Positions 12,023 through 24,796 of a stretch of 64,000 nucleotides of DNA are shown here, in pieces. Position 1 is the first letter of the stretch; each line of letters begins with the position of its first letter. The translations under genes and the position numbers were made by a program. Source of the DNA: Eledone cirrhosa. Its lineage: Eukaryota. The stretch is from contig OZ024741.1 of the NCBI GenBank assembly GCA_964016885.1, forward strand, positions 121,830,001-121,894,000, given 5' to 3'. A model generated the notes under the pieces. The model ran no database searches. It was not told where the DNA came from and worked only from the letters and a program-made list of their open reading frames with translations.

Positions 12023-14760
12023 CTTTATGTATGTGTTAGTTGTTTACCGACACCTCAGTATGCAGGTTGGAGCACTCAACGAAGTGCACAGGTTGGGCTG
12101 TTTACTCCAGTAATGTAAAAACAAAAAGTGTAAGTCAACAAGTTAAATTTAGCTTCTTTTATTCATATTCGTTGCTATGTATATTTCGGTGATAACCATT
12201 ATTCAACAGCTATGACCTCATCAGGCAGTTAGAACAGTAAAAAACAAGAAAACATAATGTTGGAATAGATTTTACCTTGTTAATTCGTTGATATGTTCAG
12301 ATCCAGAGTGTAGTGTTAGTCCTCTAAGGAACTGAAAGCATATGATTTAGTATGACCGAATTCCAGCGTCCGAAGGACATGCCCTCACTTCATTGGTCAG
12401 ATATCATATCAGCTCCTTAGCCGGAAGTCTATTGAAATTCTTTCGGTCAGTTCTCCTACAAACAGGTCAGCCTGTTAGAGTTGCTTTTAACTGCATATAT
12501 ATTATGGTCTAGTTGACTTACTGCACTGTAGTGGTAGTGGTAGTGGTGGGAGCAGGTCAGTTATCTGGTCAATTCCAATCCCCCTGTTTTGGTGGTATTC
12601 AGGTTGTCATGGAAGAATTGATGGAGGTAAACTGATATGGGTTCCTCTGGTGGTGTTAGTGCTTCTCCATATCGCTAGGTCTTATAGTGGGAGATGTTAT
12701 AAATGTGTGTGTTAAAACAAACACGTGTTAAAATCTAGAAGTGTTAAGAATTATAATCTGTATTTTAAACATTTAGTACACACCCGCAAACGTCCATCGA
12801 CGTACACCCATACGTGTACACACATATAAAAATAAACATAAGTGCACTCACATATCTACATCTACACATGCACATACATCTGTATACACATATACACGCA
12901 CACACACAAGTACATACATGCTCATATGTGCATACGCATACAAATACACAGACTGATATGTCCCCTCAGTTCGTGGGGAGAGAAGTAATAGGTGTGTCTT
13001 ATTTACTTGTAATAGTTAGTACTGACTCTTGCATGCGAAGGGGTCAGGTTTGAGGTAGCATATCCTTCGGAGAATCGGATCACAGACCGGGGTTCGGTGG
13101 TGAGGTCCGGTGGTCGGAAAAGTGGGGTGTCTGGTTGTACACAGGGTAGGACTCTGCCGTCGTACATCACCTTGCTAAATAGCTAGTGTCTGCTAACTTG
13201 GGTTCGAATTTTGGAAGTGAGAGAGAAAAGTGGACCACAGCGGTGTGAGGCACGGGTCTAGCTGTTAGGTAAGTGTGGCTCGGTGGTGTTATAAATGCTA
13301 TTCGAGACGAAAGGGAGGGGGAGCGGAGGTGTAGGGGTGGGTTTGGTGTCCCGGGGACTCAGTGTGACGAGGTTGCTAGCCATATAGCTTGAGGGAAGTT
13401 CCCGTCCTAATGAGTTGCTATCCATATAGCTTGAGGAAGGTTCCCACCCTAAGGTGTCTACAGGTACCAAAGAAATCGATCCTAAGGTTACGCCCACCTC
13501 TAAGTATCTCCAGAGTCTCACTCAGACAGAGGTGGCAGATGCCAGATCTACCTCCGTCTGGTAGTACCTCCCTAACATTGGACCAGACCAAAGAGTACGG
13601 GGTCTTGTCCAGCTTGAGCTTCCAGATCAGTTGGAAAAAGGCCGTACTTTTCCTTTTGTCTATCCAATTAAAGGAATGGCAGTGGTTATACCATCTGCCC
13701 TTGAAGCTCATCGGGGGTGGCTCCCGTGTAAAGGTGCTCCGAGTTGGGGACTGACACTTTACATCGGTAGACTATGTTCTTCACTAGGCATTCATTTCCA
13801 AGGGGACATAATGTGGAGTTTCTGCAGTTGCATAAAGTGGTCAACCCCTGAATGCTTATTGTAGGGTTCCCATTGTTTAGGTTGGGGTGGTTGATCCCTA
13901 AGACTAGTACAGCCCCCCCCCCCCTGGGTTGGTTGGTGTTCCTCTAGTCAGTCATAGGTCCAACATTTACCCTATCATGGTTCTGCTGGGTGGCTATAGG
14001 ATCGGCTGTTGACTGTCCAAAGGTCATAAGTCTATTCCTATTGATATTAACTATGTGCTGGACTACGCTGCGCGTGGTGGAGTACGAGAGCTTCACCGTG
14101 TGCCTATTGAAGATTTTGTGGTATTTGTGGATCCTCGTGATGCATTTATCCAGTGCCCTAAAGAATGAATGGGCCAGGCTAGTCTTCAGGCCCGCGGAGT
14201 AGGGTGGATTATACCATGTACTTTTTCTTAGTCTATTCCTTTGTGGGAGGGTTGAGCATTCAGCAGGCCATTGGGGAGTTGTTGGGGTGCTACGGCTTCC
14301 CGCACGATTGTTGTCTCTTTGGACATTATGGATTTTGCTAACTGTTCTGACCATAATGATGGGGTTTTTCCTGCCCACACCGGGGGTTCCACATTGGGAT
14401 GTTCCTCCATCCATCCCGGTCTGTATCATGTGATTGGGTCCGGCGTGGTTAATATCACCGCTATATCCGCCTCGGGCACTAAGTTTATTCGCATTCCCAG
14501 GGGTATGTTTCCTTTTCGCAAGCGTGGTGGTGCCACGTTCAGGGAGTTTAGTGGCTTCAACCCTACATGTACTGCTTGGGTTTCCCCTCCTCCGGATACC
14601 GCAGGTCGGAAGGCCCGATAGGCTATATATATCATAGCTCTTCGGGTTATAAGATACAGCCTTACCTAGAGGTGTATTATAATAATCAGCATTATTATCG
14701 AAGATCTCCTTAATTTGCAGACAAGTTGGAGATCCTGTCCAAGACAATCTTGATAATAGA
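12021..14760 (-). mobile_element. 5'-truncated Penelope-like element (Naiad-type linker) with GIY-YIG endonuclease, frameshifted
   Basis: WYNPPYS..HKIFNRHTVKLSYS (13944-14747); CNCRNSTLCPLGNECLVKNIVYRCKV..YTGAT (~13715-13835); FKGRWYNH..CHLCLSE (13418-13711). Long 3' non-coding region with a hammerhead-like motif, ending at (TA)n. Confidence 0.85.
12173..12227 (-). ncRNA. Hammerhead ribozyme-like motif in the PLE 3' region
   Basis: tgc-CTGATGA-ggtcatagc..gttatcacc-GAAA-t-atac-a-TA-gca; stem I is short. Confidence 0.55.
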
Positions 14761-14840
14761 TCTTGTTTATATCATCATCATCACCATCATCATCATCATT
14801 TAACGTCCATATTCCACGCTTGCATGGGTTTGGATATATA

Positions 14841-15521
14841 AACTAGAAATTGATTGACGTATATATATATCTAAAATAAACACATGAAACAATCACAGGG
14901 AATAATTTGTAAAGTGTGTAAGCACACACAGCTAGGTAGGTAACTAATTAAAGTTTAAGTAGAAGTTCAAATATAGATACCTTTTAAAATGATTAATCTT
15001 GTATATATTTCATTAAAGAAATATATTTCACCATTAATCCGTAAAATCACAGTAGTCAAATCAGGATTTTCAACAAGGGGGTAGACTTAAGTATCTGTGT
15101 TTACACAGCAAATGCAAATCTGTGAATGACCTGTCGCACGTATTGCATTTTTAAAAATACACACATCGTACCAGCGTCATCCCAGTGGCGTGAATAGGAT
15201 TATCGACAGCTAGAAATAGCAGCCAAATCCTTTCAACTGAGTTAGCTCTACAATTAAGGGGCCGTATATATATCCAAAATTAAATTAAGGGTGTCATGTC
15301 CGATATTAATTACCTACCTAGCTGTGTGTGCTTACACACTTTACAAATTGTCCCCTGTGATTGTTTCATGTGTTTATTTTAGATATATATATATGTCAAT
15401 CAATTTCTAGTTGATATAAAATGCTTGGATCTATTCATTAGAATCTTTGAGCTTATTCTACGGTGGATATGGCGCATGTCTCTCGGACATGACACCCTTA
15501 ATTTAATTTTGGATATATATA
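14841..15521. repeat. Double inverted-repeat element
   Basis: 14841-14948 is inverted at 15305-15412; 15265-15303 is inverted at 15483-15521. Confidence 0.8.
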
Positions 15522-15526
15522 TATAT

Positions 15527-17228
15527 CCGTCAGGGATGACCTCTCTCCCCCATTCTGTATGTACTGGCTCTCGAGCCATTACTGCGGAAGTTGGAGCTGT
15601 TGCAGGGCATCCCGATTGAACCAGGACTGCGGAAAGCAGCGTCAGCCTATGTCGACGACGTAACCGTAATGGTGTCGAAAACCTCGGAAATCGGGGTAAT
15701 CGGCAACCTATTACAGGAATACGAAACGTTGACAGGAGCAAGACTAAACCCAAACAAGTCTGTCGGTTTGCACCTAGGCACATGGCGAGGCAAACCCATG
15801 CCTTCCAACAGTGTCGCTGGACGCTGGACAGAAGGACCGGTGAAATTGCTCGGAGTCTGGTTTGGTCCAGACTTCTAGGTGGACAAGAACTGGAACGAAG
15901 TCACAGCGAAGGTGTTTGCACTCACCCAGAAGTGGGCTGAGTGCAAACTCTCCTTGAAAGGTCGAGCGGAGGTGGCGAACACTTACATAGCGTCCGTCAC
16001 CTACTACCGCTTGACAGTCGTGCCTTGACCCCGCGAACACCTCACCAAAATGGAACGCCTACTCTTCAAGTTCCTGGAAGAAACACCCTCCATTGGTGAG
16101 GAGATCCATCTGCTGTCAACATCCTTCTAACGGAGGGCTGGGCATGCCGTGGCTGATGATGCGCAAACACGCGCTGAGGCTATGCCATCTCCAGGTATTC
16201 CTGACCGGCTAACCGGTGTGGCTGTCGTTTGTGAGACGAGGTCTTCCACAACTCGTCTCACTAACAGAGCTGCAGTCCTGAGTCAAGCGAAGATCGAAAA
16301 TGGCCACCTGGCACTTCGAGTGCCTTCAGGCATTCACAGCCCTCTACCAAGCGGAAACGGCAATCAGCGGAGACTCCACTTCGACATTCTATAGGGGATT
16401 AGTGGAGGATAAGCGCGACGACGTTCTCGGGGAAACTCTAGGCATCGAGGAGGACGAACTGACCAGTCTGTTCGGGAGGACTTTCCGTCCAGGTCCTATG
16501 GATAACTTCTCTGGCCTGGAAATTCTACCGAGGAGCTCTACCAGTTCGAGACAAAATCTACAGGCACGGATGCCCTGGCAGAGATCCTGCCAAAAGGAAC
16601 TGTCCAAGATGCGAGCAGGACATCGAAACCGTTTGCACGCAATTGTTCAGTGCCCGGGGGTGACCGACCTGTGGAATTATGTCGAACAGCTACTGTCACG
16701 TGTGGGACGCATCCAGTTGTCATCCGAGTCCATCGTGAGGATCACCCCGCCGCCTTCATTTAAGAATGAAGGAGAGGCGGTTTTCCTCTGTTTGGTGGCT
16801 ATGACGAAAGAGGTAATTTGGTGGACCAGGTTAAAAGGACTGAGGGTAAACACCTTTCTCTCCGGATAACAACTCATCTCCTTCTTTAAGTACCACTTCA
16901 AAAGGAAAGTGAGAGTGGAGAGGGAGGTCCTTCACTACAGTAAATTCGCTGAAAGGTGGGTGAATGTGGCGAAAATGGCTCGAGTGAATGGGCCTTCTCT
17001 GTATATAAACCTGTAGGTTGAGGAAGATAAACAGAGGGAAGACCGGAACACCTACAAAACGTGTTCCTGGTGTTGAGGGTTGTTCTATCCACGGGGTGTA
17101 AAGCAACTCCGAAGTAACGCCCCCCCCCCCCCCCCATGGGGATTTCGATTGTTTTATTTTATATATAGTTCATTGTTAAAGATTTTATGTAAAACCCCAT
17201 TTTTGTATGCCCCTGTGGCAAATAAAGA
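15527..17228 (+). mobile_element. 5'-truncated Tx1/L1-clade LINE (RT C-half and C-terminus)
   Basis: YVDDVTV RT motif, KLLGVWFG, GGLGMP; C-terminus is homologous to 7899-8270; ends aataaag(atct)n. Confidence 0.85.
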
Positions 17229-17622
17229 TATCTATCTATCTCTCTTTTGAAGCGCATTACAAGTGTTTGGGGTGGCCTATAATGCCCAACCACTATCAGG
17301 TCATTGACTTTGTTGTACACGGTGACTAATTCACAGTAGCCATTGGAGAATGTGATATTTCCATCTGCCGTAAAGGAATCATGCAGGAAAATGGCAGTTC
17401 CACCTTTCCTTCTGTCAACAAGTGTGAGCTGTAAAGGTGGGTCGCAGTAAGAATGAAGAAAGGGATGTGGAGTGGATGGTTACCAACCCAATCCTCAATG
17501 AATTGGATCTTCCATTTCTGTGCATTAATGGATGGGCTGACACCTTGTGCATTGAGTAGAAATGTGAAGGCGAGTGTAGTGGGTGGTTTTGACTGTTGCA
17601 GGGGGCTTGTTTTGGGATTGTG

Positions 17623-17666
<44 letters not shown>

Positions 17667-17736
17667 GAAGTTAATATAAATAAATATATGATCAACACTT
17701 ATGTGTTTTTACTGTAAATTGACAATAAATTAGTTT

Positions 17737-17889
<153 letters not shown>

Positions 17890-17907
17890 ATAGTTTCTTT
17901 ATTTCAG

Positions 17908-18050
17908 TGAAAGAAGTTTCCGATTCCTATAGTGTGGGTGATATTTCCGTTCATCATCCACATCTGCAACACGATGTAAAAACGCTCTATCTTAGTAAAT
18001 TGACTAAAAGAGAGGATGGTGAATCTGCGAGACTAAGAGGAAATTCCTTT
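17908..18050 (+). CDS. Host gene exon B1 (module copy 1)
   Basis: tttatttcag| ... |gtaagt; (V)[47 protein letters not shown]. Phase 1 to 0; paralog at 32591. Confidence 0.75.
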
Positions 18051-18917
18051 GTAAGTACAGTTTTGTATTAATAGGTAAAAACGTCAGTAGAAAATAAATA
18101 GAAAATGGGTTCAAACAAGTTCAAATAAGTAGAAAATTGGTTCAAGCATGAGAGATGGAAACAAAGTAAGCAAATTAAAAAAAACTAAACACGTGGTTCA
18201 CATGAAATATGCACATAAAATACAAACAATATGTGTATAGTGAAAATATTTAAAGTGAAAATATCAAGCAGCTGATTTAGAGCCGAGTCTGTTCTGAAAC
18301 TGTTTTTGTTCTATAGGAGCCCCAGCGTGTATCGCTGACCATTGTCCGCCGGAATGCTTTTACGGTCTTGTCCACGAGGCGCAGCCCTAATACCGCCACG
18401 CCCACCGCCTAGTGCCGATCACCCTCATTCCTCCCATTTTTCTAGATCCCTTGCCTTTACCTTCCTTTTCCGTTTTCATAACCATAGAAGACACTTGTAT
18501 TTTTATAATAAAACATTTATAAAGTTCTTATTTTATTAAATATATTAGTGGAGCCATGTTGTCAATAATGATTGCAATAGCGTTGAATATATCTAACGTT
18601 TCGAGTCTAACATTGATATGTCGTATAGACGAGGGTTTTTATATATGTGAATAATCATTAAAATTCTCTAACTCTCTCGTTCTTTCTCTGCCCTCGCTAA
18701 GTATGTGTACTCTTTCTTCAACCCTTATGTATGTTTTCTCTGGATTTCTCCTTAACTCTCTCTTTCCTCCAGTCTCTATATAATATCAAGTTTGTCATCA
18801 AACATCAGACCAATCAGTCAACCAGCATATAGGGTTAAAGAGAAGACAATTGCATCTTTTATTTTCTTCTTCCTTTGATGTGGACACAGCATGGCTGATT
18901 GGTCAAACAGTTGACTC

Positions 18918-18977
<60 letters not shown>

Positions 18978-18984
<7 letters not shown>

Positions 18985-20671
18985 TAACAGATTAAAGTTT
19001 AAGCAAAGAATCGCTGCTTTCACCCATAACGGGATCTTCTGATACTAAAAAAATCAATCTGTGAACGCAGAAGTAAATATTTCGAAAAACGTTACAACCA
19101 AAGGAAGATAGGAAGACGATACTTTGGTTCGTGGAAACGTTCCCAGGCAAAGAACGGAAAAAAACGAAGATAATACGTCATTATTTGGATCAGTAAAAAC
19201 AATTACACGCAAAGATAAAACCACGTTTATGGTATAAATGAAGTCGTAGACTAATATTCTATTAGGTGGTTCGTGGAGACGTTCTCTGGCAATGAACGGA
19301 AAAAACAAAGATAATACGTCAATATGTGGTGCGATGAGAACAATTACACGCAATGACAAAACCACGTTTATGGTATAACTGAAGTCGTAGACTAAAATTC
19401 TATTTAGGAAACCGAATGATTCTCGGCTTCAGAGTTAAGAATAATGTAAATAAATTACAGAGGTAATTGAAATCAACAAAAATTAAATATATACATGCGC
19501 GCATCCATATACGTACATACACATGCATACGCGAAAACACCCGCCATGGGTATGCAAATACAAGCACGTGCACAAAAAAACACGCACATACAGAACCCAC
19601 GCAACGCCTGCACCCGCACACATACGAACGTATACACCAAATACACATAAAAATATATATTAAAAAAAATATATATATATGTGTGTGTATACATATAATT
19701 ATATAAACGTATATAAATATACACACATAAATACGTATATAACACACGCACACACATACCTACATGTAAATACACATATGTTCGGAGACGTATGTCAACC
19801 AAAACACAAAGTACACATATACACACACACCCTACATACGTGCGAATCCGCATACTCACACAGACGCAAAACTCGCGTATACACATAACCATATGCACAT
19901 GTACCAGTATATATAATATAATATATACGCCTATAACATATACAAGCAAATATACGTACGAGAAAGTATACGTACCTTCACAAAACATCCAGGTAATATA
20001 TACTTGCCTATACAAATAAGTAATGGTATAAACATAACATATACTTAGCTACCACATCAAGACGTAAAATATCCACGTATAATTCATACTATCCGTTAGG
20101 GCATAATGTGGGGCTGTATTCTTAACTCTGAAGCCGAGAATCATTCGGTTTCCTAAATAGAATTTTAGTCTACGACTTCAGTTATACCATTTACGTGGTT
20201 TTGTCATTGCGTGTAATTGTTCTCAACGCTCCACATATGACGTATTATCTTCGTTTTTTCCATTCATTGCCAGAGAACGTCTCCACGAACCACCTAATAG
20301 AATATTAGTCTACGACTTCATTTATACCATAAATCTGGTTTTGCCTTTGCGTGTAATTGTTTTTACCGCTCCAAATAATGACGTATTATCTTCGTTTTTT
20401 TCCGTTCTTTGCCTGGGAACGTTTCCACGAACCAAAGTATCGTCTTTCTGTCTTCCTTTGGTTGCAACGTTTTTCGAAATATTTACTTCTGCGTTCACGG
20501 ATTGATTTTTTTAGTTTCAGAAGATCTCGTTAAGGGTGAAAGCAGCGATTTTTTGCTTAAACTTTAATCTGTTATTTTAATAAATATTGCTCTACGGTTC
20601 TTATATATCTGATATATATTTATCCTTATCGAGCCCTCTTTGGATTTTCTCTTCAAATTTATTATTATTAC

Positions 20672-20672
<1 letters not shown>
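18978..20672. mobile_element. Fold-back element family B
   Basis: ~465-bp inverted arms 18978-19443 / 20117-20582, each with an internal ~140-bp tandem duplication; tail 20583-20672; (TA)n on both sides. Termini recur at 37647-37756 and 56225-56316. Confidence 0.9.
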
Positions 20673-21000
<328 letters not shown>

Positions 21001-21004
21001 CATT

Positions 21005-22340
21005 ATATATATTTAAATATTATATATATCTTTGATAGGTTTTGGCCAGTATTAGCTCAGGCCATGTCTAGCTTAATTACCCGACCTAGCGAAGTCTTTT
21101 AAATCAAGATTAGGACATCATGGTGCACTCAAGTAGATAATTATTGTTTACGGAGACATATCCGTGTGTAGGTGGTTTATCTGGGATTTCTTGGCGGAAT
21201 ATGTCCAAAGACGTTTTCAATATTATGCGATCTGTTTCTGTTTTAATGTGTTTTGGTGTAATGTTAAAGAGAGCTGGACCGGTTGAGGTGAAATAAATGT
21301 GTCGTAGTGTTGTTATGAGATGCGAGTTTGACTTTTGTTGTGGGCGGATAGCACGGCGCCCAAACCTTAGGTGTACTTTAAAGATCATGCCAACATCATT
21401 TGGGCAATGCTGATGGAATATTTTCCACATCGTACAGATCATGTAGCGCTCACGGCGGTGTTGGAGAGATTGGAGTTTTAGCTTTTCTTGTCGACCCCAG
21501 AAGTCAAGACCTGTCATGCCATTTATCTTGTTTGTTTTGTGATTTGACCTTTGAGGTGCTTCATGTTTCATAATACTTTGTTTCGTATAGGGTACCCACA
21601 GTGGACAACATTATTCAAGTGGGGTCGGATAAAAGTAGAGAAGAGAAGGATATGGTTTGAATATCTCTCGACTGGAAAGTTATGAAAATCCTGGAACACA
21701 TTCTGCGGGCCATGTCAACTTTGCTATCGATATGAGTGGCCCAGCTTAAGTTGTTAGCAACAATTTCTCCCATGTCTCTGATGTTGTTTGAAGCCACAAG
21801 AATTTCACCTAAAGGAAGGGAATATGGGAGTTTCAGTGCATCTCCTTTTTCAAAGTGGATTAATTCGAATTTATCCTCGTTCAACAGAATTTTGTTCTTT
21901 TCTGCCCATTGGATACCATCATGTAGATCTAATTGACGGCATGTCACCCAATCCATTGACAACCGTCTAGAGCTTGAAATCATCTGCAAAGATTCTTATG
22001 TTCCTGTGCTTGATGATGACAGTAATGTAATTTATATAGTTAATAAAAAGAAGAGGACCCAAAACTGCTTTGTGGAACGCCACTACTGAATTTAGCTGGG
22101 CTTGATTGTACTCTTTGATAGTACTCCAAATACCTTAATGATATGAGATATGAGTGAGATTGGATAGTAATTCACTGCAAGGGACTTGTTTTCCTTTTGG
22201 AAAACTGAGACAACAGACTGGGACAGAAAGTTTTCAGGTATATAGCCAGCGTGCAGTGAGTTCCTCTACAAATTAGCTTGAGGAGATGCAAGTTGGTGTC
22301 GGCACAACTTCAGGACATAACCAGGGATCCTATCGGAACC
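21005..22340 (-). mobile_element. Degenerate CR1/L2-type LINE
   Basis: RT C-terminal remnants (WAEKNKILLNEDKFELIHF, LSWATHI, SLQHRRER). Confidence 0.8.
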
Positions 22341-22550
22341 TACTGCTGAATTGTGTTTAATTTCATTGATTTGGAGTCTATGCTATTTCCACAAGATTCT
22401 CTTTATTTCTCAATGGGTTTGCAAAATAAATAGAGATGAAAATGTATGAGTTAGATAAAAGATAACATTTTAGAGCAGCTTCGTGCTATGTTGTTTACAC
22501 TATATGTATTTATTTATCTTTATCTTTTCTTTCCATATTTAAAAACAAAG

Positions 22551-22593
22551 AGCAAGCAAATTCAGATGGCTCGATCGGTCACCAATTTTGAAG
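22551..22593 (+). CDS. Host gene exon C1 (43 nt, module copy 1)
   Basis: Pyrimidine tract then aacaaag| ... g|gtagaa; SKQIQMARSVTNFE. Phase 0 to 1; paralog at 40592. Confidence 0.65.
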
Positions 22594-22859
22594 GTAGAAA
22601 TATATTTTCTTTCCCATACACCATTAGAATGTTTTTTGATGTAAAAAGATAACTATTCTGGATGCAAGATTAAATGAGACATTCCGACGGACATGATGCA
22701 CTGTAGAATGGTAGATAGAAAAATGATCATGCAGATATACATGTATGAGAGTACATATAGGGCAACACATTCACACAGACATGCATATATGTATGTATGT
22801 TCTCTCTTTCTCTTAATTTCGAGTATATTTTTGACCGGCCACCTTCCTGGTGGCAAGGT

Positions 22860-24186
22860 TGTAAAAGAAAAGAAATTGTCATCCCTTGAATGGCAATAAT
22901 GTTTTGCAAATTTTGAAGGTACCAGCTATCGCAGCCATTTGTAGACTATGAATTAGTGAGCTGCGCTCTTTGTCCGCAAATCAAAGTTCAGTTATACATT
23001 GGTCCAAGCGGGTTGGTATATAACCCGTAGCTCCAATAATGATGGGTATGAAGCTAAAGGTGTATCTTGGATACTGGATTTGTAAACTCCTCATCAATGG
23101 TCCGTAGATGTCCTCCTTCTCCTGTATTTTTCTGACAACGTTTACATCAAGTAGGCAGCTGATCTCCATAACAGAACACGTTTTCAATGTGTGGTCCAAA
23201 GCAACAATATCAGGCCGGTTGTGCTTTAATTTGGTGGCAGTTTTTATTTTCAGGTTCCACCAGTATTCCTTAGTGCCATCTGTCTCAATATATTCTTCCT
23301 CGTTTGTTTTTAATTTTGTTTTCCGAAGTGCCTTCCAGATGGTTCTAGCTATCCCATCGTGTCTCATGGGAGGTAGTAGCGAGATGACATTCTTTCGCAG
23401 CTGGCAACAATGTGGCTTACATCTTCGATCTTTGTTTTACATAGCCTGCATTTATTGTCAGCTGATGGGCCTCCTCTTTTGTGCAGCAAATATTTGCTAG
23501 GGAGTTCTTGTTCCTGTATTGCATAGAGATATCCCTCAAGGTGTGATGTCATAAACTTGTCGGAACTCCATGCCAGGCTTTTTGAGTGGTTTATCCCCTC
23601 TATGGTCTCTGTTTTACGTCTCAAGTATCCATGCACAACTTTTTCTGTAAATTGGTCAATTGTTTCTTCTTGTTTGAACATTGAATAGGATCTTCCGATT
23701 TCTCTGGGTGAGAGATTTATATCAGGCTTTATTCCATATCTCTCCTCCAGATCAGTGGCTATCCTAATGATATTTTTTTCTTCATTCTAATAAACCTGAG
23801 CAAGATGGTTGCCAAGATTTTTCCTCTGTTGAAGATGTTGCTTCCTGGGTAGGTAAGATGGATTTAGTGAGAGAACGAAGAGTAGCACTGACAAGCTATC
23901 ACCCTGAAAGATGCCCTTCAACTTGCTCCTTCTCACCTCTAAGGATCAAATTGGTGTACCAGTTCTTGGTCAGACGTTCAACAGCAGCTACCAGTGGTTG
24001 TGGGACTTTGGCTAACTGTAAAGCCTTAACAATCCACCCATGAGGTACACTATCAAATGCTTTTTGATAGTCCAGCCACACCACAGTCATGTTCTGCGAT
24101 TCTTTGTTGTTTTTTCTTGAATCATTTTATTAGTTAGTAGGTGATCTATGCAACTCCACACCTCCATCTTTCCACCCGCTTGCTCT
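22860..24186 (-). mobile_element. R4/Dong-like RLE LINE fragment
   Basis: WLDYQKAFDSVPH; CRLC..EDVSHIVASC zinc knuckle; RHD..NRPDIV..EISC..K restriction-like endonuclease. Confidence 0.85.
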
Positions 24187-24259
24187 GTGTATGTATGTAT
24201 GTATGTATGTATGTATGTATGTATGTATGTATGTATGTATGTATGTATGTATGTATGTA

Positions 24260-24718
24260 TCAAAGGGCAGAGGAGCTCTTAAGAGTCAATGGCCATCCAA
24301 AATCACCGGGAGAGATGACCCCTTAGCCTTTGTCAAGGCAGATTCTAGGAGAAGGAAAACTCTGATATAACACCTGCAACCCTGATGGTATCCAATGATG
24401 TTGACTTGTTCTTCTTTTTGGTAAATATCATCTTGGTTAAGAGAGTGGGACTGGCTTTGTGCAGTGCCTTTGCTCACTATAAAAGCTTCACGGCACAGGC
24501 ATTGCTTTATATCTGGAGAACTCTCTGCACTTGTCGTCACATGGTACCATGGGCCCAGCACTATGTGTCAATAATTGTCACAAGTGTAGTGTTTGTACCA
24601 GAGTTTTCAAGTCGCTGGCTGGACTAAAAAGTCACACTCGTTCAGCCCATTGGTAGGGGTTCTCCTACATGGATATAAAGTAGTGGCCGTACTCGAAAAC
24701 GAGTTGGCAGCCACCATG
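24260..24718 (+). mobile_element. Non-coding SINE-like retroelement ending GCAGCCACC-(ATGT)n
   Basis: Fixed right end and variable left ends across copies at 27441-27729, 27784-27911, 27917-28480, 28549-28679, 40841-41289, 42321-42758 and (minus) 52160-52860. Confidence 0.7.
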
Positions 24719-24796
24719 TATGTATGTATGTATGTATGTATGTATGTATGTATGTATGTATGTATGTATGTATGTATGTATGTATGTATGTATGTA

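Noticed and set aside
13418-14747. Selenocysteine (UGA) recoding reported for some Naiad PLEs
   Set aside because: The linker and endonuclease cysteines seen here are ordinary TGY codons, and the copy is degraded.
20515-20560. Hammerhead in the family B arms (CAGAAGA..GAAA)
   Set aside because: The core is altered in both arms and there is no convincing stem I or III.
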